64,000 nucleotides of DNA from Armatimonadota bacterium (GTDB lineage Bacteria; Armatimonadota; UBA5829; DSUL01), in NCBI GenBank assembly GCA_039811685.1, contig JBDHZC010000006.1:129128-193127 (forward strand). Direction: 5' to 3'. Positions 20,001 through 29,649 of the stretch are shown piece by piece. A model generated the notes under the pieces. That model was given only the letters and a program-made list of their open reading frames with translations, searched no databases and was not told the origin of the DNA. Position 1 is the first letter of the stretch. Every line of letters begins with the position of its first letter. A program made the translations under genes and the position numbers.

Positions 20001-21031
20001 GAGGAAACCTCCAACAACTCACCGGATGAAGCCTCTTCAGAGTCGTCCTCTTCACTGAAGGCTGCATCCGGAAAGGAGCGCGTCAGCACAACCGCCGCTA
20101 CCCACCCAGCCAGCGTAATCGGCAGCCACAGGACAACGTGCAGCACCAAAGTGAAACCAGCAGCCAGCGCATGCGCAACCCCAAAAGTCTGTAACAACGC
20201 AATCCCTGGCGCGTCGAACGTCCCCACATATCCCGGCGTGGACGGCAGCGTCGTGGCAAAGTTGGTGACAGCGACCATCAGCATCATCTGAACGAAGCTG
20301 ACATGCAAGTCTGAGAAAGCCTGCGAAATAAGAAAATAGGTGCTGGCTTCACACAGCCATGCCCCAAGAGACAATCCCAGGGCTGCGGCAATCGCGCCCG
20401 GACTCTGCAAAGACTGCAGCCCGGCCACAAACCGTTTTACCACCCCACGCACGCGCTCACGAAGCTTATCCGATAACAGAGTTTCGCACGCAATGTGATA
20501 GAGGCGGGTTAGAAAAGCTGGCTTTGCCGCTATGAGCACGAACGCAGCAAGCGCCATCACGCAGACCGCCCCGATTGCCGCTGCCATGCCCGTCCGATTT
20601 CCAAAAGTCGTCACAAGGGTCACAGTTGAGAAGAGAAAGACTATCATCACCAGAGCGTCAAACACCCGCTCCAGCACGATTGTCGCCAGCGTGGCTGATA
20701 CAGGCACACCCTCCCGGCGGCGCAGCGCATAGGCGCGCATAAACTCACCGGCTCTGGCGGGAAAAACATTGTTACCCATATATCCGAGCAGGAGAAGTCC
20801 GAAGATGACACCGACGCCGGGGCGAGTCAGGGGCCGCAGGAGAATCCGCCAGCGCCATGCCCGCAGCAGCATACCGCTGAAATAGACTGCCAGCGCCGGC
20901 GCGAGCCATACGTAGCGAGCTGTGGAGAGCGCCTCGCTCACCTGTCGCCACTGAAGCCCTCGGGCGGCTATATAGAGCATGGCCGCGCTGAGGAAAACGC
21001 CAATCCAGAGCTTTAGATGTTTTGCGGGCAT
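19997..21031 (-). CDS. Lysylphosphatidylglycerol synthase TM-domain (flippase-like) protein
   Basis: RAWRW, NNVFPARAGEFMR, ERVFD and PSTPGYVG motifs. Confidence 0.88.
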   Translation of the reverse strand: MPAKHLKLWIGVFLSAAMLYIAARGLQWRQVSEALSTARYVWLAPALAVYFSGMLLRAWRWRILLRPLTRPGVGVIFGLLLLGYMGNNVFPARAGEFMRAYALRRREGVPVSATLATIVLERVFDALVMIVFLFSTVTLVTTFGNRTGMAAAIGAVCVMALAAFVLIAAKPAFLTRLYHIACETLLSDKLRERVRGVVKRFVAGLQSLQSPGAIAAALGLSLGAWLCEASTYFLISQAFSDLHVSFVQMMLMVAVTNFATTLPSTPGYVGTFDAPGIALLQTFGVAHALAAGFTLVLHVVLWLPITLAGWVAAVVLTRSFPDAAFSEEDDSEEASSGELLEVSS

Positions 21032-21310
21032 GATTGACAGAGAGGATCGGACAGCGCCTGCCAGCAGCTTTCGGGCGCAGCTTGCCTGCGGTCAGGTTAG
21101 ATCAGAGACAACGATCTCTGACAGCAGATCTCACTCTCACCTTCCCCAGTATGTTGCTCGAATCTACGCATTTCCGCACCGGCAGATTTCAGCTATGATA
21201 GCGGGAGAGTTGCTTTGAGCGCGCGTCTCAATCACAGGAAAGGGTCCGATATCCTCCGCACCTGACGAACAGAGCGCTCACGATCGCCGCAGCGCCTGAG
21301 GGAAAGATGA

Positions 21311-22087
21311 ATGCGACCTGGAGCTTTTACACCGGAGTCTAGACTGACAGAACTCTCGTACTTTTTCCCAGCCCACAACGAAGAGGCGAACATTGAGGCC
21401 ATGGTTCGTGCGGCTCTTCTTATCCTTCCCTCAGTCGCCGATGTTTTTGAGGTAATAGTCGTCAACGACGGCAGTAGCGATCGAACGCTGGAAATCGCCC
21501 AGAAGCTCTCTGAACAGCATCCGAATGTGCGCGTAGTCAATCACCCGGTCAATCGCGGCTACGGCGCTGCCCTGAAAAGCGGTTTTGAAGCTGCAAAGTA
21601 TGAATGGACTTTCTTCACTGATGGCGACCAGCAGTTTGACCTTTCCGAGCTAAACCACCTGCTGCAAGCCCTCGGCCCGGGTACGGACGCCGTAGTCGGC
21701 TACCGTCTGAAACGGCGTGATCCGCGCCACCGGGCGCTTAACGCTTATCTGTACAAGACGCTCATCCGTATTTTGTTCGGGTTAAAGATCCGGGATATTG
21801 ACTGCGCGTTCAAACTCATTCGCACTTCCGCAATCAAGTCCGTGCCTTTGAAGAGCGACGGCGCGTTGATCAGTGCAGAGCTCCTGATCCGTCTGAAGAA
21901 ACGGGGCGCTGTCATACGCGAAGTTGGCGTCAACCACTACCCACGCGTCGCCGGTGAACAATCCGGAGCGAATCTGAAAGTCATTATGCGCATGTTTCGA
22001 GAGCTCTTTGCGCTGGCCGGTGAACTCAAGCGGGAAGAGGCCACGTCAGCGCAGGATTCCTCAACTACCAGCGCCTCAGACCACTAG
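21311..22087 (+). CDS. GT2 polyprenol-phosphate glycosyltransferase (DPM1-like)
   Basis: PAHNEE, VNDGSSD, NRGYGAA, DGDQQF and DIDCAFK motifs. Confidence 0.9.
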   Translation: MRPGAFTPESRLTELSYFFPAHNEEANIEAMVRAALLILPSVADVFEVIVVNDGSSDRTLEIAQKLSEQHPNVRVVNHPVNRGYGAALKSGFEAAKYEWTFFTDGDQQFDLSELNHLLQALGPGTDAVVGYRLKRRDPRHRALNAYLYKTLIRILFGLKIRDIDCAFKLIRTSAIKSVPLKSDGALISAELLIRLKKRGAVIREVGVNHYPRVAGEQSGANLKVIMRMFRELFALAGELKREEATSAQDSSTTSASDH

Positions 22088-23355
22088 GCGCTGATTCCAA
22101 GAGCTTTGAGCACAATGTCTTCCGATTTCGCCGTGATCATCTGATAGCCGTAGAGTTTGTAGGCTTCCTCCACCTCATAGCCGCCCTCTGGAAACGCTCT
22201 GGCATCGGGGAGATATCCGATGTTGCCGTTCGTGTAAGCTGTAACCATCACGGGAGCCGGCCGGCTGTTTTCCTTGATGTGGCTGGCGTATGTGGAGAAA
22301 GCTTCCGCCCCAATCCAGACGATTTCGAAGACGGATTGCTGCGGACTCATCAGACGGACTCCCCCAATCTCCATTTCGATTTCCCTGCGCCGCGCATCCC
22401 GTGAGTTTTCAAGAACGGCGTTGGACCAGGCGGCATCCAGCTTATCCATCCACTGCCACTCGGATTTGGGACGGCTCTGAATACGCGCCAGAAGCGCCTG
22501 AAGCTCGGCTTCACTCGGAGGCATCTCCACGGGGAGAGCCACTGTCTCACGCCAGTTCTCGAAAGCCCCTTCAACCGGACGGGCTTTGGCAAGAGCGGCA
22601 TGCACGGCATCAGTTGCTTTTGCAGCCACTACATCTACGGTCTCATAGGTGTCGCGCGTGAACGGATTCACGTCTCCCGAGCACCCCTGCAGAAACAGTG
22701 CGGGCGCGTTGAACTCCGCTTCCAGAGAACGCGCGGCGCGGCCAGGCCAGTCCCCTGTTATCAGACGGTTGTCCGCACCCATGCACACCCCGTGGCAGCC
22801 ATAGTTGAAGATGGTCGCCATCACTTCCCCGTCAGGGCGCTTCAGTTGAGCGGCGACAAGCTCTGGCTCGGTGTGACCGTCCGGATTCAGCTCGTGCAGC
22901 AGGCCACGAGGGGAAGGTTTACGGCGGTTGACTCCAAGGCCGGACGAAGCGGCGCCGACGGAAAGCAGGCACTCCTGCCGGCTCTGACCAGCCTCCAGGA
23001 TACACTGCGAGATCGATTCAATGAGAAAGTCCTGATACTCTGGTGATGGAGTCCCGCAAAGACGGAGATACTGAACTGCCGGGCCGCCGTGCGTATGAGT
23101 GCAACTGAGGATCATATCCTCGGGGCGATAACCGGCGCTTGCGACGCTTTCCCGGATGCGCTGGACCTGATCGTCCTCCAGACTGAGAATTTCGATAGAG
23201 CAGATCGCCACCTGACGCCCGTCCTGCTCCAGGGATACACAGCGCACCCAGATGTCATCGTGCACACCCTGCATCGGCTGTTCGCGAAAACCATACCCGG
23301 ACATCTCCACTGTCCGATCCGGTGTAATCTTGCGCTTTGCCACTCCAGCTTTCAC
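22084..23355 (-). CDS. Neutral/alkaline ceramidase-like metallo-amidohydrolase
   Basis: ITP..MSGYG, THTHGGP, NYGCH, GCSGDVNP and GGYE motifs. Likely GTG start at 23355. Confidence 0.8.
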   Translation of the reverse strand: MKAGVAKRKITPDRTVEMSGYGFREQPMQGVHDDIWVRCVSLEQDGRQVAICSIEILSLEDDQVQRIRESVASAGYRPEDMILSCTHTHGGPAVQYLRLCGTPSPEYQDFLIESISQCILEAGQSRQECLLSVGAASSGLGVNRRKPSPRGLLHELNPDGHTEPELVAAQLKRPDGEVMATIFNYGCHGVCMGADNRLITGDWPGRAARSLEAEFNAPALFLQGCSGDVNPFTRDTYETVDVVAAKATDAVHAALAKARPVEGAFENWRETVALPVEMPPSEAELQALLARIQSRPKSEWQWMDKLDAAWSNAVLENSRDARRREIEMEIGGVRLMSPQQSVFEIVWIGAEAFSTYASHIKENSRPAPVMVTAYTNGNIGYLPDARAFPEGGYEVEEAYKLYGYQMITAKSEDIVLKALGISA

Positions 23356-23362
23356 CGCTGTC

Positions 23363-25072
23363 TCACTTTCCAATCTGTCCCAGACCAACCAGTATGCCAA
23401 GGACCGCCAGGCATACCAGCGCGGTCACAATGAATCCGCCCCAGTGGACGAGCTTTGGATGCTTCGTCTCCCAGGGATGCGCCTGTGTCTCACCTGCGTA
23501 TATCACGGGAACGCCAGCCTCTGTCAAACGGCCTTCCTGCCCCACCGGCGTTGTTATCAGCAGATAGAAGCGGTCCAGCTTTGAGGCAGGCTCCGGGCGC
23601 GTGAGCACGCTCACAATAACAAACACAGCAATGCCAACCGGCAGATAGCGCAGCGCCAGCGCCGGAAGGTTCTTTGGCCCGGCGAACTGCCCAAGCCACA
23701 GGGGCGCATCAGCCATGTGAGAGGCGACCAGCTTTCCCGCCGGTCCCAGAGTTGCCCACAACACCAGCATCACGACAAAAGCCGCCCACGCTCCCGGAAC
23801 GTTGGCGCGCTTCCAGACAGTGCCCCCCCAGATCAGAACACCCGTGAGTGTGGTGACTCCCCAGAACAGCGTGACTGCCTGAGCCACGCTTCCGAGAGAA
23901 CTCGCTACCAGAACACCCGCCGCCACCACTACCAGCCCCGCAAAGCGCCCGACCAGCAAGACCTGCCTGTCCGACGCATGGGGGCGCAGGAGAGTTCTGT
24001 ACAGATTATGAGAAGCAAGCGCGGAAGCGGCCACCATAAACGCGCTCAGACTCGACATTTGCGCAGCGAGAACGGCGGCTATCATCAGTCCCGTAAATCC
24101 CTCCGGCAGCAGGCGCGCAATCGCCCATCCGAACGCGTTCTCCCGGTGCTGCTGAACGAGACCTCCGACTGCGGGATCCTGGGCGACTATGGCAGCCACG
24201 ATCAGGCCGGTGAACACCCAGCCCATCGCGCAGAAGCGTTTGATCATGTTGCCGTAGGTGTAGCCTACGCGCCCCTCAAACTCGGATTTGCCCGTTGCGA
24301 AGACTTCCATAGCGCTCGGCTGAGCGACAATGCCGAGCAGATTCATAACAAAGCCGGCGGCAATCCAGGCGGGCGTCAACTCCTCCAGAGCCGTGAGGCG
24401 GAACATGTGCTCGGGAAGGGCGTGGTGAAGCCCAGAAAACCCGCCTATCTGGTGCAGTCCGAACGGGACCAACAGAAGCGACATCACGACAATCAACAGG
24501 CCTTGAACAGATTCCGTGACGACCGTGGCGATGAGTCCGCCCGCGAATCCGTAAGCGACAAACACCAGCGTCATCACCAGGATTGCGCCCATCTGACTGA
24601 CGCGGCCGCCCGACACTGCCTCTGCGATGGTTGCCGTACCTTTCAACATAGCCGCGATTGTGACCACGAAGGTCATCACCCCCATACACGCATACAGCAC
24701 AGCGAGACCATGGCTGTAGCGCGCGCGAAAGAAGTCGGCCGTGGTAAGAAAGCGGGATCGGCGGAAAAAGGGCGCCATAATCCAGAAGAACGGGGTAACC
24801 AGCAGATAGACGTACGTGTACCATACACCCGAGAGTCCGTGCTGGAAGGATGCGCCTGTGACGTTGACCGGATCGTCCGCGTGCGTACCGGTTCCCAGCG
24901 CGTGCATCATCATGAAGAACTTATTGAAGCGACGACCACCCGCGAAGTAGTCTCCCGCGCTACGAACCTTGACAGCCTGATAGATACCCAGAAAGGCGAT
25001 GGCTGCAAGATAGAGCACAATGACGGCTATGTCTACAGTGGCGATTCGATAGGTCACGGCAATGCTGAGCAA
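23363..25072 (-). CDS. Sodium:solute symporter family protein
   Basis: About 14 TM segments with DYFAGGR and GLMIAAVLAAQMSS motifs. Confidence 0.9.
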   Translation of the reverse strand: MLSIAVTYRIATVDIAVIVLYLAAIAFLGIYQAVKVRSAGDYFAGGRRFNKFFMMMHALGTGTHADDPVNVTGASFQHGLSGVWYTYVYLLVTPFFWIMAPFFRRSRFLTTADFFRARYSHGLAVLYACMGVMTFVVTIAAMLKGTATIAEAVSGGRVSQMGAILVMTLVFVAYGFAGGLIATVVTESVQGLLIVVMSLLLVPFGLHQIGGFSGLHHALPEHMFRLTALEELTPAWIAAGFVMNLLGIVAQPSAMEVFATGKSEFEGRVGYTYGNMIKRFCAMGWVFTGLIVAAIVAQDPAVGGLVQQHRENAFGWAIARLLPEGFTGLMIAAVLAAQMSSLSAFMVAASALASHNLYRTLLRPHASDRQVLLVGRFAGLVVVAAGVLVASSLGSVAQAVTLFWGVTTLTGVLIWGGTVWKRANVPGAWAAFVVMLVLWATLGPAGKLVASHMADAPLWLGQFAGPKNLPALALRYLPVGIAVFVIVSVLTRPEPASKLDRFYLLITTPVGQEGRLTEAGVPVIYAGETQAHPWETKHPKLVHWGGFIVTALVCLAVLGILVGLGQIGK

Positions 25073-25159
25073 TTCTGCACAGCGCAGCGCTGCTCCTCTG
25101 TGAACCGTGAGGAGCCAGGTGCCTCTGAAAAGAAGACTCAGAGACAGGAGGATGAGCTT

Positions 25160-25903
25160 TTGGCCGCTATCATAGAACTCAGAGGAGCATCAAAGACTTT
25201 CGACGATACACCAGCGCTGCACCCAACGGATCTGACCTTTGAGCGGAGCAGGACAACGGCGCTGATTGGGCCGAGCGGGTGCGGAAAATCCACGCTGTTG
25301 CGGCTGATTGTGGGCCTTCTCAGTCCGAGCGCCGGTGATGTTCTGTTCGAGGGAGAACGGCTGTCAGATGACAACTTGCTCCAGATACGCCGCAGGATGG
25401 GATATGTGATCCAGGACGGAGGACTCTTCCCACACCTCAGCGCGCGCCAGAATGTAATGCTGATGCCCAACCATCTTCACCTCGACAGCGCGGAAATGAA
25501 GCAGCGCTTAGGTGAGCTTTGCGAACTGACGCATCTCCCAGAAGATGCGCTGGAGCGATATCCGGTGGAGCTATCAGGAGGGCAACGGCAGAGGGTGAGC
25601 CTGATGAGGGCGCTCATGCTGAAGCCTGACGTTCTGCTTCTGGATGAACCGCTCGCAGCGCTCGATCCACTCGTGCGCACCTCGCTTCAGACACAACTGA
25701 AAGAGATTTTTCAGCGTCTGCGTCAAACTGTGATTATGGTCACTCACGACATGGCGGAGGCTGCGTATCTAGCAGACACTATCGTGTTACTCGACAGCGG
25801 GCGCATTGTTCAGAGCGGATCGTTCCAGGACTTGCGCGAGCGTCCGGCGGCGCCATTCGTCTCCGAGTTCATTAGCGCTCAGAGAGCTCTGGTGCAGATT
25901 TGA
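25160..25903 (+). CDS. Osmoprotectant/ergothioneine-type ABC importer ATPase (OpuA/EgtV-like)
   Basis: GPSGCGKST, GYVIQDGGLFPH, LSGGQRQR and LLDEP motifs. TTG start 8 nt after AGGAGG. Confidence 0.88.
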   Translation: MAAIIELRGASKTFDDTPALHPTDLTFERSRTTALIGPSGCGKSTLLRLIVGLLSPSAGDVLFEGERLSDDNLLQIRRRMGYVIQDGGLFPHLSARQNVMLMPNHLHLDSAEMKQRLGELCELTHLPEDALERYPVELSGGQRQRVSLMRALMLKPDVLLLDEPLAALDPLVRTSLQTQLKEIFQRLRQTVIMVTHDMAEAAYLADTIVLLDSGRIVQSGSFQDLRERPAAPFVSEFISAQRALVQI

Positions 25904-27378
25904 TTCGCCTGCTCCTTCTCACAGCTCTCTTGGTTCTGAGTTGCGAGTTGCACGCGGCTCAGACGGTGGTAGTAGGATCGAAGAAGTTCACAGAGTCCTA
26001 CGTGCTCGCGGAGATCGCAAAGCGGAAGCTGACGCAGTCCGGCTTTGATGTCGTCCACAAACAGGGAATGGGTGGCACGATCATTCTCTGGCAGGCGATC
26101 AAAGGCGGTGACATAGACTTCTACCCCGAGTACACCGGCACTATCGTTGAAGAGATTCTGAAATCTCGCGCCAAGCTCACATCTGCGGACATGCGGCGCG
26201 AGCTGCGACGCTTCAAAATCGGCATGACTGAGGAGCTGGGCTTCAACAACACGTATGCGCTGGTTATGCGGCGCGAGCAGGCGAAGAAGCTGGGGATAGA
26301 GTCTATCAGCGATTTGCGCAAGCATCCGGATCTGCAGGTAGGTCTGACTCATGAGTTCCTGAACCGCCAGGACGGCTGGGGGCCTCTCAGCCGACGCTAC
26401 AACCTGCACATGGCCAACGTGCGCGGCGTGGAGCACACTATCGGCTACAGCGCTCTGGCGAATGGTTCTCTGGATGTCAAGGACGCGTACTCTACAGACG
26501 CAAAAATCGCCGAATACAACCTGATCGTTCTGAAGGACGATCTGGGCTTTTTCCCCCAGTATAAGGCTGTCTTTCTCTACCGCCTGAGCGCGCCGGAAAA
26601 GGCGATCCAGACGGTTGAATCCCTGAGCGGAACAATCAGCGAGGAGAAGATGATTCAGCTCAATGCGGAGGCTGAGCGCACGAAAAACTACGCGAGGGCG
26701 GCAGGGCTTTATTTCGCGGGCGACCACACCGGCAACGTGGCCGATCTTCAACCTTCCGTTGCTTCACAAATAGGACACTGGACGCTACAGCATCTCAGGC
26801 TGGTGGGTATCTCGCTGATTCTTGCCGTTATTGCAGGAATACCGCTAGGGATTGCCGCAAGCCGCCCCGGCCCTCTCAGCCAGACCATTCTGGGCGTAAC
26901 GGGAGTCGTTCAGACCATTCCGTCTCTGGCGTTGCTCGCCGTGCTGGTGCCGCTTATGGGCATAAAGCCACAGACGGCTATCCTGGCTCTCTTCCTGTAC
27001 AGCCTGCTGCCGATTGTGCGAAACACTGCGTCCGGCCTTCAGGACATCCCCACGCCGCTGCGTGAGTCCGCCTCAGCCCTCGGCCTCGAACCGCTCGCAT
27101 GTCTGAGAAAAGTTCTGCTGCCGATGGCTTCTCGCAGTATCCTGGCTGGTATTAAGACGAGCGCTGTCATCAATGTGGGCACGGCGACGCTGGCAGCGTT
27201 GATCGGAGCGGGTGGCCTGGGCACACCTATCATCAGCGGGTTGGATCTGGCTGATGCCGGTCTTATTATGCAGGGCGCCCTGCCAGCAGCCGCTCTGGCG
27301 CTGATTGTTCAGTGGGCGTTTGACTTTTGCGACCGCTATCTGATCCCGAAGGGATTGCGACTTCAGCGGGCGATCTAA
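25900..27378 (+). CDS. Fused betaine-type substrate-binding protein plus permease (OpuBC/EgtU-like)
   Basis: GSKKFTE, YPEYTGT, FNNTYAL, AYSTD, then permease motifs QTIPSLAL and GAGGLG. Confidence 0.88.
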   Translation: MIRLLLLTALLVLSCELHAAQTVVVGSKKFTESYVLAEIAKRKLTQSGFDVVHKQGMGGTIILWQAIKGGDIDFYPEYTGTIVEEILKSRAKLTSADMRRELRRFKIGMTEELGFNNTYALVMRREQAKKLGIESISDLRKHPDLQVGLTHEFLNRQDGWGPLSRRYNLHMANVRGVEHTIGYSALANGSLDVKDAYSTDAKIAEYNLIVLKDDLGFFPQYKAVFLYRLSAPEKAIQTVESLSGTISEEKMIQLNAEAERTKNYARAAGLYFAGDHTGNVADLQPSVASQIGHWTLQHLRLVGISLILAVIAGIPLGIAASRPGPLSQTILGVTGVVQTIPSLALLAVLVPLMGIKPQTAILALFLYSLLPIVRNTASGLQDIPTPLRESASALGLEPLACLRKVLLPMASRSILAGIKTSAVINVGTATLAALIGAGGLGTPIISGLDLADAGLIMQGALPAAALALIVQWAFDFCDRYLIPKGLRLQRAI

Positions 27379-27423
27379 CCCGTGAGGCAGGCAATAGAAC
27401 ACATCCCGTAAGAAGGAGCGATT

Positions 27424-28662
27424 GTGGCGGCGGCTGAACATCTTACACGAGAGCAGAAACAAACCTCTGACATGAGTCTGGATGTAAAAAAAGCTCGCAA
27501 AGAGACTCCGGGAACGCGCAACGTCGCGCACTTCAACAACGCGGGCGCCTCACTCATGCCCTTGCCGGTGACAGACGCTGTAAAGGCCTATCTTCAGCTT
27601 GAATCTGACATCGGCGGCTACGAAGCTGCGGCAAAGAGCGCTGAGCAGATCGGCGCAGTGTATCAGTCGGTAGCGCGTCTCCTCAATGCCAATCCGGCGG
27701 AGATCGCTCTGATGGAAAGCGCAACGCGCGCCTGGGATATGGCCTTTTACGCCCTTGACTTCAAGCCAGGCGAGCGCATTCTCACCGCGTCAAACGAGTA
27801 TGCAAGCAACTTTATCGCTTTCCTTCAGGCACGGAAGCGCTATGGTGTGGACATCGGCATCGTTGAGAATGACGAGCACGGACAGATATCGCTGGAGGCT
27901 CTGCGGGAAGCGATGGATGAGCGTGTGAAGCTGGTGGCGCTGACACACGTGGCGACTAACGACGGCCTTGTGCAGCCGGCAGAAGAGGTCGGGAAAATTG
28001 TGAAAGAGGCGGGCGCCCTTTATCTGCTGGACGCCTGCCAGTCCGCCGGACAACTCTGTCTGGATGTGCGGAAGATCCAGTGCGACTTTCTCTCAGCGAC
28101 GGGACGGAAGTACCTGCGCGGGCCGCGGGGCACAGGATTTCTCTACGTGAAGCGTGAGATGATCGAAAAGCTGGAGCCTCCGCTGCTGGACCTGCAGGCC
28201 GCCAACTGGGTCTCACCGGACAGCTACGAGATCAGGGGCGACGCCCGCCGCTTCGAAGCCTTCGAGTCCAGCCTCGCCTGCCGGATGGGGCTGGGCGCGG
28301 CTGTGGATTATGCGCTGGGATGGGGAATGGAAGCGATCCAGGAGCGCATAGCAGAGCTGGCCACCGCCCTGCGAAGCGAACTGAGCAAGATTCCGGGGAT
28401 TACCGTCCACGACCGGGGCGAGCGCAAAGGCGGGATTGTCACATTCGCCTCAGACAGGATTTCTCCCTCCGAGATTCAGGATAAGCTGCGCAGCCTGTCT
28501 ATCAACGTCGCTGTAACGCAAGCCCGCCACACGCGGCTGGATATGGAAGCGCGCAGGCTGGACGGACTTGTGAGGGCCTCTGTTCACTACTTCAACACCG
28601 AAGATGAGATCGCCCGGCTTGGGCTCGAGCTGGCCCGCATTCAGACCGCAGCGGCGCTTTAG
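27424..28662 (+). CDS. Class V PLP-dependent enzyme, candidate EgtE-like C-S lyase
   Basis: HFNNAGAS, DACQSAG and ATGRKYLRGPRG motifs. Abuts egtD. Confidence 0.75.
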   Translation: MAAAEHLTREQKQTSDMSLDVKKARKETPGTRNVAHFNNAGASLMPLPVTDAVKAYLQLESDIGGYEAAAKSAEQIGAVYQSVARLLNANPAEIALMESATRAWDMAFYALDFKPGERILTASNEYASNFIAFLQARKRYGVDIGIVENDEHGQISLEALREAMDERVKLVALTHVATNDGLVQPAEEVGKIVKEAGALYLLDACQSAGQLCLDVRKIQCDFLSATGRKYLRGPRGTGFLYVKREMIEKLEPPLLDLQAANWVSPDSYEIRGDARRFEAFESSLACRMGLGAAVDYALGWGMEAIQERIAELATALRSELSKIPGITVHDRGERKGGIVTFASDRISPSEIQDKLRSLSINVAVTQARHTRLDMEARRLDGLVRASVHYFNTEDEIARLGLELARIQTAAAL

Positions 28663-28665
28663 CTT

Positions 28666-29649
28666 TCAGGACGCCAAGCGCATCTGGAAATACTGCACAC
28701 TGAAGTATTTCTTTTCATCCATCCAGATTTTCAGCCTCTCAAAACCCGCTGCGGCCGCAAGGTCTGCGAACTCCTCCGGAGTGTACTTGTGCGAGTTCTC
28801 CGTGTGGATGGTCTCGCCACGCTCAAAGCGCACGATGCAGTCCGCTATGTGTGCGCGCTGCTCAACAGCGCTTTCAAGGTACATCTCAATACGCCCGCGG
28901 CGCTGATTGTACAGAGCGACATGCTCCCATTTCGCCAGATCAAAGTCAGCGTCCAGCTCACTGTTGATGTGCCTGAGAATGTTCAGATTGAACTCAGCTG
29001 TCACGCCCGCAGAATCATTGTACGCGCGACTGAGCACTGCGGGGTCTTTCTTGAGGTCCACGCCAATAAGAAGAGAGCCATCCTCTCCGCAGACCTGTGC
29101 AATCCTGCGTAGAAAACCGAGCGCCTCCTCCTTCTCAAAATTGCCAATAGTGGAGCCAGGGAAATAGACACATCTACCACGAGGCTGCTTCTGGCTGCGC
29201 GGAAGTGCAAAGCTCTGCGTGTAGTCCGCACAGACGGGAAGCACTTCGATATGAGGATAAGCCTGCGCCAGGCGCTGTGCTGAGAGCTTCAGGTGCTCTT
29301 CGGAGATGTCAATGGGCACATAGCCAGCCGGTTGAACCATTGCATCCAGCAGAATCCGTGTCTTCAGACTGCTGCCACTGCCGTACTCCACCAGCAGACA
29401 CTCCTTACCGAGCAATGTGGCCATTTCTCCAGAAAAGCGCCGCATTATGCTCATTTCAGTGCGTGTCGGGTAGTACTCTTCCAGCTCGCAGATGCGGTCG
29501 AACAGCTGCGATCCGCGTTTGTCGTAGAAGAACTTGCACGGAAGAGTCTTTGGGCGATGACCCAGCCCCTGCAAGACTTCTTCCTGAAAAGATTTTGAGG
29601 AAGTCCGCTGTTCAAGGGGCTTCAGCGGAGCCGTTGCTGTCCCGCTCAC
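28666..29649 (-). CDS. egtD: L-histidine N-alpha-methyltransferase EgtD
   Basis: KFFYDKRGSQLF, EYYPTRTE, EYGSGSSLKT, GSTIGN, AYND and TENSHKY motifs. GTG start overlaps the egtB stop (GTGA). Confidence 0.93.
   Translation of the reverse strand: MSGTATAPLKPLEQRTSSKSFQEEVLQGLGHRPKTLPCKFFYDKRGSQLFDRICELEEYYPTRTEMSIMRRFSGEMATLLGKECLLVEYGSGSSLKTRILLDAMVQPAGYVPIDISEEHLKLSAQRLAQAYPHIEVLPVCADYTQSFALPRSQKQPRGRCVYFPGSTIGNFEKEEALGFLRRIAQVCGEDGSLLIGVDLKKDPAVLSRAYNDSAGVTAEFNLNILRHINSELDADFDLAKWEHVALYNQRRGRIEMYLESAVEQRAHIADCIVRFERGETIHTENSHKYTPEEFADLAAAAGFERLKIWMDEKKYFSVQYFQMRLAS

Noticed and set aside
23717..25159. Apparent 480-aa N-terminal extension on the ABC ATPase (728-aa ORF)
   Set aside because: It is the antisense shadow of the sodium:solute symporter. 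A good RBS and TTG at 25160 define the real start.
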